NCBI GenBank assembly: GCA_964188305.1
Contig: OZ076894.1
Source of the DNA: Podarcis bocagei
Lineage: Eukaryota
Direction: 5' to 3' (one strand)
DNA length: 64,000 nucleotides
In this document: positions 51,616 through 63,039 of the stretch, one piece after another
Numbering within the stretch: position 1 is the stretch's first letter
Layout: every line of letters begins with the position of its first letter
Position numbers and translations under genes: made by a program
The notes under the pieces: generated by a model
Databases searched by the model: none
The model's input: only the letters and a program-made list of their open reading frames with translations
What the model was told of the DNA's origin: nothing

Positions 51616-53064
51616 ACAGCGTTGAATCTAATACTGGCTTGTGCAGAATGATTTCCATAACTTCCTCTCCTTTTCCTCCCCCTCATCTGCTCGGGGAGGT
51701 CCACCAAATTCTCTAGAGCAGATTTGGGGTGGCATGGGGACATCCTCTGGTGCCATGCAGGTTTGATAAAATGGGAGGTCGCATCAAGTGCAATTGTGTT
51801 GACATTCTCCTGGCAATAATTACTTAATTATGTACCCGTTTGCTGCATCTAATTTGAACATGTAGCATTTAAATAATGTTTCTCTTAAGGAATGTGCCAT
51901 TTTTCCAGCACTAGAAAATGATAGCTTGTACCAGGGTAACATTCTTCCGCTGTTATTACTGTGTAGTTACAAAAGCACCATGGGCATAGGAGCCAACTCT
52001 TATCTATTTGATGGGACTGCCCCCACCAAGTTGATAGGCATTGCCATTCAAATGGTGTCCGTGCACTGTGTCATGCGATCGAATATGCAGCACAGGGCTT
52101 ACTTGCACACACACACAATATTTTATTCAAGTTGGCACTGCTGACCATGGGCATCTCTTGGATATTGCTTATGATACTGATGGAGGTGCATTATTTAACT
52201 CCCTCCAATGTCAAGTGAACTTTATTATTGCTTATGATGAGGTTGAATGCTCCTCCCCACTGAACTAGAAGTTTGCCTCTAAATGCAGATGTTTTTGACT
52301 ATTATGAGTGTGCAAAATTGCAATGGTGTTGCTCAGTCCCTTATCATCTGGACACAACCCATAATTCTCTACAAGTGTCATTTGGGAGACCGAATGCTGT
52401 CCAGTACCTCTGGATGGTGCTCAGAGTCAGACTTTGGTAAATGCATAGAGAAAGGAATCTACCAAAGAAAGATTTCTATAGCAACGTCTGAGAATGCATG
52501 TCTGTGTACCCTTGTCCCTCCATGAATGGCAGCAGGAAGCCCCAAGATTAGAAGATTAACTGCTCATTGTTTGTTCAACATTTCAGAGAACTCTCAGAAA
52601 TACATGCTGCAATGTCTTAGTGACAAACAGTTACCTTTATTAATTTGTGGCATTAATAAATGAATTGATATATAGCGTCTGAGATATATTGCTTGATTTG
52701 GCAAGGGAAGTTTTGATAAGATGGAATGGAATCTGTGCCTTAATACTACTTTTAAGGTGTCACTGCCTGTCACATCTCCATAGTGGCCTCATAATTCTAA
52801 CAAGCTGCCAAGCGAATTGTATAAAAGCCAGAATACACTGTTTTGATAGCACAGTGAATTGGCAGTTGCAATGGTGCCAGACATTGTACCTTACTGTGAG
52901 CTATACTTTCTGGAGACTTTCATCCTGTAGTTTTGCCAATGTAGAACTCTTTGTTACTTTGGTAGAAATGTTAAAAAGCAAGCCCTTCATTAGTAGCTCC
53001 ACTGGTTACTCTCTCCCCTGTTGGAGACAGTGTGTCTCTGAATATCACTTGCAAGGAATCACAA

Positions 53065-53175
53065 TATTGCTCTCAGGTTCTGCTTGCTTCCCATAGGCAT
53101 CTGATTAGACACTTTGTGAACAGGATGCTGGACTAGATGGACTTCTAGCCTGATCCACTAATGCCCGTCTTACAT
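53065..53175 (+). mobile_element. CR1 3' end fragment
   Basis: 'aacaggatgctggactagatggacttctagcctgatcca'. Confidence 0.6.
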
Positions 53176-53754
53176 ACTAATGCCCTAAACTACCCTTATT
53201 TGCTGCCTTTGAGAGCAGGCACTGACCATTCCTAGAGTCTTTTGAGTGACAGGAACACACGGTGCTCCTTCCAAGAACTGCTGTGTGTTTCCTGTGTTAG
53301 CCTCCCTTTGGCCAGAATGAATGCCCCTAAGGCTGACCTCACTAGCTCAGCTCTGTTGTCTACTCAACAGCAAAAAGATATTGCACTCAAGAGAATGCCT
53401 TTCACAATACTGCTGTGTTTAGTGAATAAAACTACAAATATGCATACAATCCAGATATGTAAGTGGTCATGACAGCTGTTTGTATCCCTTAGCCTTTTCA
53501 GTGACTATGTAATGGATTGTGACACTTTTACAGCTGTGAAGTAATTCTGCACTAAAAGCTTTTGTAGAACAAGGCCATGAGTGGCCCAGAGCAGTTCCGT
53601 ACCTTGCTGTACAAAGCACACAGGACAAGAGCTGGGGTGGTGTAATGGCTGAGATTGGGAGCCGAGAGCCAGGAAGTCCTCGGTTCACATCTTGCTTCAG
53701 CCAAGAACTGACTCTGGATTCACTCTCATAGATCCAGAGTGTGGTCAGCACACC

Positions 53755-54075
53755 CTTGTGGGAAGGAGAGGTTGCAGCCATCTTGAAAGAGGTGGAGATG
53801 CAAGCACTCCTGAAAAAGCCCATCCTGGACCCAGTGATTTCTGATAAACTACTGTCCAGTTGCAAGTGCACCTTCTGGGGAAGGTGATCAAGTGGGCTGT
53901 AGCAAGACTCTTGGGTGAAAATGATTTTCTTGGCCTATTACAGTTGAGGTTTAGATCTGGTTATGACACTGAATTGGCCTTGGTAGCCCTGTTGAAAGTC
54001 CTCTATTGGGAGAAGGACCGGGGTGTGTGACCCTGACTTGACCTTTCAGCAGCTTTTGATACCTTTGGCCATGGT
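53755..54075 (+). mobile_element. Degenerate L2 RT fragment
   Basis: Frameshifted pieces LLKKPILDP, FWGKVI-like and LDLSAAFDT. Confidence 0.65.
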
Positions 54076-54469
54076 ACCCCTGGTACCCTGTCCAGGCACC
54101 TACAGGGCTCCTTCTCCTGCTGAAATTAGGCTTGAAAGTTGCATTCTGTTGTAACTAATAGAACAGTTTCTGGTGTGTGCTTGGTTGAGGGAGTGTATGT
54201 GCCCACAACAGCTTCTCCTGTTCTCAAATGTGCCCACTCCCCCAAAGGTTTGGTGGCCCCTTTTATAAATACTTACACCAAGAATAGCCAGTTGCATGAG
54301 CTTCCATTCCATTTTCTGTAGCAGATACAGTTAGTCGCTACTTGTTGATGTACAGGGCAGGTAAGTTCTGTTTCTTCAAATGGAGAACTACAAGGATTAG
54401 ATTCAAAAAAATAAAAAGCGGCAGAATCTAGAATATAAGAAGCCCCAATATCAGACTCAACTCTGGTTT

Positions 54470-54472
<3 letters not shown>

Positions 54473-54518
<46 letters not shown>
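54473..54518. repeat. (TA)n, left part of the PLE target microsatellite
   Basis: Directly visible; further (TA)n tracts at 54694-54731 and 56056-56074. Confidence 0.97.
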
Positions 54519-54521
<3 letters not shown>

Positions 54522-54691
54522 GGTTTTGGTGTCTTCGGGTGTCTTCCCGTGTAAGAGTTGGGGTGTCTAGGCGACGTTTCGACGAGGTCTCACTCGTCAT
54601 CGAAACGTCGCCTAGACACCCCAACTCTTACACGGGAAGACACCCGAAGACACCAAAACCTGCATTCCTGTACCCGTGAAAATCTACGAAA

Positions 54692-54693
<2 letters not shown>
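54519..54693. mobile_element. Short fold-back PLE insertion: minus-strand 3' end joined to plus-strand 3' end
   Basis: 54517-54582 is the reverse complement of 54600-54665; the sequence is essentially identical to the termini of the larger insertion; (TA)n on both sides. Confidence 0.85.
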
Positions 54694-54733
<40 letters not shown>

Positions 54734-54810
54734 TTTCGTAGATTTTCACGGGTACAGGAATGTAGGTTTTGGTGTCTTCGGGTGTCTTCCCGTGTAAGAG
54801 TTGGGGTGTC

Positions 54811-54854
54811 TAGGCGACGTTTCGACGAGGTCTCACTCGTCATCTTCAGGCTGG
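54811..54854 (-). ncRNA. Minimal hammerhead ribozyme motif, mirror copy
   Basis: Exact reverse complement of 55967-56010. Confidence 0.75.
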
Positions 54855-55370
54855 TGCTTTCGGCTTCTTGTTACTGGAACAGAGCAGGATCTCAGTGTTT
54901 GAGTTCCTATAAATACTGTTGAGGGGGTGTGGTGCAGAGAAGAAGTTCCCAGGTTATTGTGCCTTTTCTTCTTTTGTTCTTTAATTACTTGGGGGATATC
55001 TTGAGTGATATCTTGAGTGGTATTCTGAGTACCACTTAGGTGGGTCATTAAGTGTGGATTAGTTGCTATAGCTTTCGTGTCTTGACCTTTTGAGCTAGTG
55101 AAGAGATTTTTCTGAGAAGATGGCTGTACTGCACTTAGTTGTGCTCTGGCTTGGCTTCGTGTATAGGGGCGAGCTGTGGTTTTGTGCCCTGTGCCAGCCA
55201 GATCTGTGTAGGGATTGCAGGGGGGTGCAGCATCCGGAGGTGCCACTATGGTTTGGCTACCGGATGGAGTCTGTAATTTATCTGTGGAGAGGGTCTGGGT
55301 TTGGGTCTGGTGTGGTTGATAGGTGATGGCGTTCTGTGTGCCTCTGGTCCTGGTGTCGGTTTTTGTGGGG

Positions 55371-55988
55371 ATAGAGATAGAGAAACACCCTCACAACATG
55401 AACAAGCGTGACGACACGTCCCGCCTGCCAGACATCTGGAAATTAGCCCTCCCCACAAAAACCGACACCAGGACCAGAGGCACACAGAACGCCATCACCT
55501 ATCAACCACACCAGACCCAAACCCAGACCCTCTCCACAGATAAATTACAGACTCCATCCGGTAGCCAAACCATAGTGGCACCTCCGGATGCTGCACCCCC
55601 CTGCAATCCCTACACAGATCTGGCTGGCACAGGGCACAAAACCACAGCTCGCCCCTATACACGAAGCCAAGCCAGAGCACAACTAAGTGCAGTACAGCCA
55701 TCTTCTCAGAAAAATCTCTTCACTAGCTCAAAAGGTCAAGACACGAAAGCTATAGCAACTAATCCACACTTAATGACCCACCTAAGTGGTACTCAGAATA
55801 CCACTCAAGATATCACTCAAGATATCCCCCAAGTAATTAAAGAACAAAAGAAGAAAAGGCACAATAACCTGGGAACTTCTTCTCTGCACCACACCCCCTC
55901 AACAGTATTTATAGGAACTCAAACACTGAGATCCTGCTCTGTTCCAGTAACAAGAAGCCGAAAGCACCAGCCTGAAGATGACGAGTGA
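55371..55988 (+). pseudogene. C-terminal 205 codons of the PLE ORF (end of GIY-YIG domain plus T/P/Q-rich tail); no native start
   Basis: Part of ORF 55323-55988; its first 16 aa come from the inverted arm. Open without interruption to ...QPEDDE*. Confidence 0.75.
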
Positions 55989-56010
55989 GACCTCGTCGAA
56001 ACGTCGCCTA
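55967..56010 (+). ncRNA. Minimal type I hammerhead ribozyme motif (PLE-associated)
   Basis: CTGAAGA 55972-55978, extra T, stem II GACGAG/CTCGTC (55980-55985/55992-55997), GAAA 55998-56001, palindromic ACGT as stem III, predicted cleavage after GTC at 56005. Stem I is weak (2 clear bp). Confidence 0.75.
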
Positions 56011-57214
56011 GACACCCCAACTCTTACACGGGAAGACACCCGAAGACACCAAAACATATATATATATATATATACATGCTTCAATATAAAATTTTCAAAT
56101 CACTTAGAGAAGACACTCAAGTTCAAGGTTTTGCCTGCTTCATACTTTAAGCTAGTGGCATATTTGCTGCTAAAAAAAGCAAAACACATATTCACCCATC
56201 CATAGTAAGTTGTTTGCCTGAAGGTTGCATGGGTCAGATAGTCTGCATTGGGGGGCAAAAATCCTTATGAAGAAAAATCCTATGTTTCTTCAGCCCACAA
56301 ACAGATTGCAAATATGCCAAATAATATGAACAACAAAATAGATAATGCAGGTACAAACTCTTTTGGGGGGGCATGGCCATTTTTCACAATTCTCTTATTC
56401 TTCACAATATTTTACTGTGATGTGCAGGTCTCCATGAATCCAAAAATAACACATAATTCATAAATACAAATTAGTGGAAACAAAATATAACAAGCTGACT
56501 TAGGCTAGGGTGTTGCTGTGCAGTTGTAATGACTCAGTTCTGCTCAGTTAGAAACACTGAGGTTACATACACCAGACTATGAGGGAAAGGGTGTTGTTTC
56601 ATTTCCTGACCCCAGCAGGAACTGCAGGGATGGGCATTGCATGAGTGGTCTTGCCTAATATGCTGCTCCTAGAACTCTTACCCTGTTCCGTCTTTGATTC
56701 TCAATTCAGTAATATAAAGCTTACAATGGCTGTTGGCCATTCCTTTCTTTTTCTTTAAAGTTTCTTCAAAGCTACATACACCACACCAAACAGTGCTCAA
56801 AACTTGTAACAACACCATGAGTTTCTTCCAGGAAAGTGTCCTCGTTAGAGGTGCTGTCTTGTGCCCAAGATTGGGAGGGGGGTGGCCTGCAAGACCCACA
56901 CATGACATCATGTGCCCAGTTTGTATTGCATGCATGTGACATCGTGCATGCGATGCATACAGCACATGCAACGTCACATCATTGGAAGGAGGCCAAGCAT
57001 GTAGTCCAGCATGGTGCGGCTTCCCCTCTCACACTCAGGAGGAACCAACCACTGAACCATGTTGTGCTTCACTCAGTGATCAGCCTTCATCCACTTAGGG
57101 GACCCAGCCTTGTGCCAGCAGATTTTGAGGGGGCCAAAGACACCTCCGCCCCTAGAAGTTGGCATGCCTGGTCCTTGCCATGAAGCAGGAGGGAAAAAAA
57201 AGGAAGGAGGAGGA

Positions 57215-57380
57215 GGAGGAGACACAACATATCTCAGTTTACATTTGATAAGACTATGTGCTTTGCATTCATCTCCAGGCAGAGAAGTTCTCTGTCTGAA
57301 ACTCTGCTGCCAGTCAGTATAGAGAATGCTGAGATAAGCCAGACCAATGATTTGACTCAAAAAAGGCAGTTTTCTATGTT
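57215..57380 (+). mobile_element. Degenerate Squam3-like SINE
   Basis: 'ctgctgccagtcagtatagagaatgctgag...gaccaatg...tgactc...aaggcagttttctatgtt'. Confidence 0.5.
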
Positions 57381-58679
57381 TGGAATTTGAGAAGACAGCT
57401 CTATAATTCCAAGTCTTACAATCGTTAAATCTTCAACAATTCTCCCTGGAAATGAGAGATTGCTAGAAATTGTGTAAGTGCAGGAGAAGAGACTCACAAA
57501 CTGGCAGTGCTCCACTGCAACCCAGTTGCTTTGATAAACTGAGCATCCAAGCTAGACTAGACATTTCTAAGTGGAAATGAGATTGATCCTATTGATCTCT
57601 TCTTTTCAAGTTAGTTAATCTTCCAGGTATCATTGGTTGCAACAGTTAAAAGGACACTTGAATATTCAGCAGTCTTTCTTTTTCTTTTCTCCCCCTTTTT
57701 GGTCTTTGCAAAAGTTCTTCAACTGTAATACAAGGAAGAAGGCTGTTCATGAAAGTGAAATGCATATTCAGCCAGGGAAAAACAAACAAACAAAAACAAT
57801 TGACAGGTGGCAGAGGAAGCACTAATGAAATTATAGCACAAAGCAGAGGTTAAAGACCGACAGGAGCACATAGCCCTATTTATTAGCCCTGCAGGGGGGG
57901 AAAACATCTTTGTTTTCAAAAGCACCAGACATTTCAATTATGCCATGCCCATAAGCCTTTGCAAAAGGCTGCATTAATCACATTATTTTGCTTCATGGGG
58001 CCAAATCGAAATGCTGCTGGGTTTTCAGCTGTCCCTAATACAGTTATTCTTCAACAAATGCTCATTAACATAGTGGCAATAACTAATATGCTGGAAGGCA
58101 AGACCTCTGCACTTGTGAACAGCTAGCTAATCCGACAGTTCAACAGTGTGATGTTATTAATGCTTCACTGACATCATGGGAGTAGTCTTGAACATATGAA
58201 GGATGCTGACACATTTGGCAACAATTTCTGGGAAAATGCCTGATAAGCCTTTCATTGCAGCCACGATCCGAGAATCTGATTTTGAATTACAATTGCAGTA
58301 AGACTGAAATCTGTTGCTTGTTACCCAAAAATGTAACCCTATACCATGAAAGCGCAACCAAGTTCTAACTAACTTAGGGACTGTTTTCTAGCTTCTCTAA
58401 ATGAGCCAACAACACAACACATCAGTGTCAAGTTGTTTTATCCTCCACATTTCTCCTTCATAATTTTATTTCATTCTCTTGAGCTGTCTTGCAAGGTAGT
58501 TTAAGCCCCGTAATTCCTGAGAGTAGAATGTGTTTTACTGAAACAGTCCATCTTGCCCAATTTCCTCGATCTTTTCAATATTTCTGAATACAGATATGGA
58601 TAGGTATAAAGAAAAATGTGAACAGAATTAGCACTTTGTGTTTGTAAACCTCACTGAAGTGCTGGCATAAGTCATGGTT

Positions 58680-59122
58680 TGTAGTTATCAGGGAACTGCC
58701 ATCAGAGGCACGGGAGAAGGAGAGGGTCTCTGATTCTGCAGGGGAAGGTCCGAGCACTAGAGGGAGACTTAGCCGGGAAGAAGGGGAAGAGAATGAGTGT
58801 AACACCAGGGATCCAGGAGAGCAACGGGACAGGGAGGTGCAGGGGCTCCAGGACTCTTCGTTGGAAGTTAGCGAGGAGAGCCCAAGCACCCCGCTGCCCA
58901 CGCCCACCCTGCGCAGGAGACTCCCGCGCAGTGAGAGGCGGAAACGATTGGGCGTCAAACAACTCTTATGTTGGCAACGCTTTAAGAAACGCCCACAGAC
59001 AGATTCTACGAGTGACTAAGGGCAGCCACGCAAATATGGGCTGCGTAGTCCGGAGGGTTTAACCAGGCAATCCGATGCTCAAACGGAGCAGGATTACGCA
59101 CGAGTAACTCCCAACCACTACA
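58680..59122 (+). mobile_element. Probable solo LTR (Gypsy-like), CpG-rich
   Basis: Termini tgtagt...actaca are perfect inverted repeats and the composition shifts sharply; flanks (tggtt/gtggt) are not a clean TSD. Confidence 0.6.
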
Positions 59123-60508
59123 GTGGTGTTTCTTCTTAATTATTTTGTTAGGGGTATTAGGATATGCTTCATTCTAATCACTTGTGTGAGGATGACTCAA
59201 GATGGTTCATGTAACCGTTCCTATATGTCAATAACATGGTGATATTAACTTACAGACTTTCCCCTGCTTTTTCTTTTCTTTTTCTTTTTTGTTGTTGTTT
59301 ATGCTGGTCATGTGAAGTCTCCCATATGTATCGAGATCATGGCTCACGTCTTCCTTGAAAACTTTAAAGCAGCTGACAAAAATAGTTTTGTTGAATACAC
59401 ATCACTTGCTGGATATCCTATATCAGGCTTGCTCAATGTGCAACCAGCCAACCATTAGCCATGTATCATCCATGGTTGCTTGCTTGGCTGGGACTGCAAG
59501 AACAGAGAAGGTTGCGATGCAATTGGAAAGGCCAAAACATGCTTTGTGGGCTGTATTTGGCTCAGTGGATCACAAATTATACATTGATTTAGGTGCCCAG
59601 TGATCTGATATTAAACGAAAGCTTGCCACCATCTTCCAGACACTAATCACATCTATTCTATGGTGGTCATGACTATGAGACTACAGAGTAAATGACATTA
59701 TTGTTTCATCCGCAGGGAGTTCTGTCTTCATTACCTCTTTCAGAAAAAGATTCACAATTCTATGTAATATGTGCTTTCTTAATATTCCCTTTCGAAAGCA
59801 CATTACTTCACAGATGTGCTCCCAGTCCTTCTTCACCAAATATGAAATCAGTTTGCTTCACTGAAATAAGCCTTGAAATGATATTGCTCCCCACCCACCT
59901 TCCATCCCTGACCATGTTTTCTTGTTTATTTTCACATATAAAGCGTTTACTCTCTTGGTATGTGACATATTTGAAAGTTGACTGACAAAATGCTCTTTTA
60001 CTGCTTGAAGGTTAATAGCATTAGTCTGCCCCTTGACTATAGGAAGCTGTCAATCTAACTTGAACTGGCAGATGTGCTTTTACAGCTGGAGCTCTATCAG
60101 CAATATTTATGTTTTTGCCACACTGGGAGCAAAATAATGCATCAGACAACAAGGTATTTCACTGGATAACTTTCGGCACAGTCTTACAGAAGCCTGGGAA
60201 GTCTCCTTTCCCCTGAAGACACGGGAGTCCTCAGATGTTTCTCCAGAAACAAGGAACCAATGGGATGCCTAAGAATTCAAAAGATTTCTTGAGGAGTGTC
60301 TTTTGAGGATTATTGAAAACAGAGTGACGCAGGGACAACAACCCTGAAATCTCTGTGTAGAAAATTCATGGGGAGTAAGTACTTTCCCTTTTTTCTTCTG
60401 TGGGGGAGAAATGTCCATCACCATTTTACCAGCAGTGACTTCTGCTGTCAGCCAAAAGCTGCTGTTCAACTCCACCCGACAATTCCTCTTCCTTGGGTTG
60501 AAATACTA

Positions 60509-60734
60509 CAGTGGTACCTCAGTTTAAGTACTTAATTTGTTCCGGAGGTCCGTTCTTAACCTGAAACTGTTCTTAACCTGAAGCACCACTTTAGCTAATG
60601 CGGCCTTCTGCTGCCGCCACGCTGCCGGAGCCCGATTTCTGTTCTTATCCTGAAGCAAAGTTCTTAACCTGAAGCACTATTTCTGGGTTAGTGGAGTGTG
60701 TAACCTGAAGCGTATGTAACCCGAGGTACCACTG
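60509..60734 (+). mobile_element. pogo/Tigger-type MITE, family A variant (226 bp)
   Basis: Near-copy of 5200-5441 lacking one internal 'taacctgaag' unit; TA TSD. Confidence 0.92.
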
Positions 60735-62105
60735 TATAGCATTTTCCTCTGCATGAAAAGCCATAGGAAGGCCCTGGTTACGTACATTTCAGATGTTCAA
60801 AATCATGGTTCCTAGGTTTATACAAAATGTGGGGTACACAGTACCAACGATGGGGAACTTGTGACTCTCCCCAGCTGTTTTTTCTCCTACTTACCCCAGT
60901 CAGGACTGAAATTAGGGTGGATGGAAAGGAGCATCCTGTAAGAAAGGCAGTTGGTGAGGGGAGAGTTAAGCACCCGCTTATTATTTCCACTTTCAAATTC
61001 CACTTCCCATCCCTGCCTTGCAGGCTCATTAGGGAAACAGACGTCTTCTGAGGTAACATGCTATTCCACCTTCATCTCACAGCAGATTTTATTTGGGTAA
61101 ATATAAACCATTTGGCAATGGAATTCTACAGTTGTTTACACACTGAGGAATGGAAGTTGCTTCTGACGTGACCTTTTAAATACTTATTCTTGCTGTATGC
61201 TGATATATTGAAACACCTCATCATGAACCAGATGTTTGGAACTATCTAAATGATCGAGTGGAAGGAGAGCTGTGCAAGATATCTTAGGCAGGGAAGGCCT
61301 CCTGTTAGCCAAGTACGAAACTGCTCGGCAAATGAAGTGCTACCAAATGATTAGCTGGAAGGGTCACTTCCCTATGAAAGTCATTCCTTATAGAAAGTGG
61401 TGCCGAAAGCGCTACTGTTGATCTCTGAGGGTTAGAGCTGAAGCCTCCCGAGACAACACATAGATAACATCTGAACGTTTGTTTGGAGTAGAAACAAACT
61501 GAGGTCACTCTTGAAGACAACAAACCGTCTGCTGCATTCCCTGACCCTGAAAGGTTAGAGTTGAGGAATTTCCTGACGGGATTCTGTTTGGTCTAACTTT
61601 TTTCTTTCTTTCTTTTTTTATAAAAGTATCAGGGGAACAGTGAGAGAAAATGAACGATTATTTGCAACAGGCTTGTAAAACCCTGTTATCTTTTCAAAAT
61701 ATTCACAGGGCTGATGCTACACAAATTGGTGGCGTCTTTCCTTTGCTTTCCCTCTTGGAAATTAATGATTATTTTCATAAACCTTCTGGCAATAACCTTT
61801 GGATCCTATATGTATTTAGGACATGCTAAAAATGGGAACCAAATGCTTTGAACATTCAAGCAGTCTAAAGTAGCTGAGTGATTATTCTAGCGGGAGTGTT
61901 CTGAATTCAGTCAGCGCCAAATGCCTTTCTCTATAAAAAGAAAAGAGCAAAATTAGGGAGGGACAAATGTATGTATGCATGTACATGCGCAATAACAAAA
62001 TAATCCTCAGTATAGTTCTTCCATATGAACACATATCAGGAAGCATTAAAGATATGCCTGCCCTTTCACATTTTTTGCTGCAGTTGATCAATCTTCTTTG
62101 AAGTA

Positions 62106-62384
62106 CAGTGGTACCTCGCAAGACGAATGCCTCGCAAGACGAAAAACGCGCAAGACGAAAGAGTTTTCCGTTTTTTGAGTCGTTCCGCAAGACAAATTTC
62201 CCTATGGGCTTGCTTCGCAAGACGAAACGTCTTGCGAGTTCTTGCGAGTTTGTTTCCTTTTTCTTAAAGCCGCTAAGCCGTTAATAGCCGCTAAGCTGCT
62301 AATAGCCGTGCTTCGCAAGACGAAAAAACCACAAGACGAAGAGACTCGCGGAACGGATTAATTTCGTCTTGCGAGGCACCACTG
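62106..62384. mobile_element. pogo/Tigger-type MITE, family C (279 bp)
   Basis: TIR cagtggtacctcgcaagacgaa / ttcgtcttgcgaggcaccactg; TA TSD; about 10 internal cgcaagacg motifs in both orientations. Confidence 0.92.
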
Positions 62385-63039
62385 TACATGAAATTAACTG
62401 TATTTGAGTTTGTTAAGGCTCATAAGGATTCCAGGCTTTGCGTATATTATTATACTTATACAATCATGTATGATGTATTCCAGATAGTCATTTGTAACTA
62501 TACCTAAATTCTAAACAACTTCTAGGCAAGCTAGAAAGGTAAAATGTGGCACGTTTTTTATTCTGAGGAGAAACGCCCATCCTAAATTTCTGCAACCATG
62601 TTGCTCAGCAGGGTTTCATTCAGTTCCACACTGGAGGGAAAGGCTCAACTACAGGATCTTCAAATGTGCAAAAAGTATTTTGTTTATTTTTCAGAAAATG
62701 AGGGGTACACACTCCCAATTTGGAGAGGAATAGCACTGAATATGTACTGGCAAGAAGATAGTCAAATGTTCAAAATTTGGGGAAATGTCACCTTGATATT
62801 TCCAAAACCTAAAACATTTCTTTGAAAAAAGGGGTACATGGTCATCACTGGTGTGATTCTAATGTTTACAACTGCACATCACAAAACTTGATGAAGTCCT
62901 ATATTATCATTATATCTTTCCTTTGTTTCATGGGTACCGAAATCTGTGCCATCGTCTCCTCTGCCCTCAACCATTCAGCATCAGCTTCCATCCCATACTG
63001 CTCAAACGTGTATAAATCTGATCCACCAGAAATTCAAGT

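Larger units (their letters stand above)
54732..56055. mobile_element. Penelope-like element (Penelope/Poseidon-type), 5'-truncated, with a head-to-head inverted duplication
   Basis: 54766-55370 is the reverse complement of 55451-56055 (605 bp; mirrored ORFs translate identically). The 80-bp spacer encodes IEIEKHPHNMNKRDDTSRLPDIW, which fits the end of a PLE GIY-YIG endonuclease. Hammerhead motif near each outer end. Confidence 0.9.

Noticed and set aside
55323-55988. Longest ORF (221 aa) as a host gene
   Set aside because: It is a chimera of the inverted arm (first 16 aa) and a truncated PLE ORF, and it is mirrored on the opposite strand.
58575-59062. S/P/R-rich ORFs as a gene
   Set aside because: They are largely confined to a TG..CA-bounded LTR-like repeat, with no splice context or recognisable domain.
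62106-62384. CRISPR-like array of cgcaagacga repeats
   Set aside because: Repeats are short, irregularly spaced, in both orientations and enclosed by TA-flanked TIRs in a eukaryotic context.
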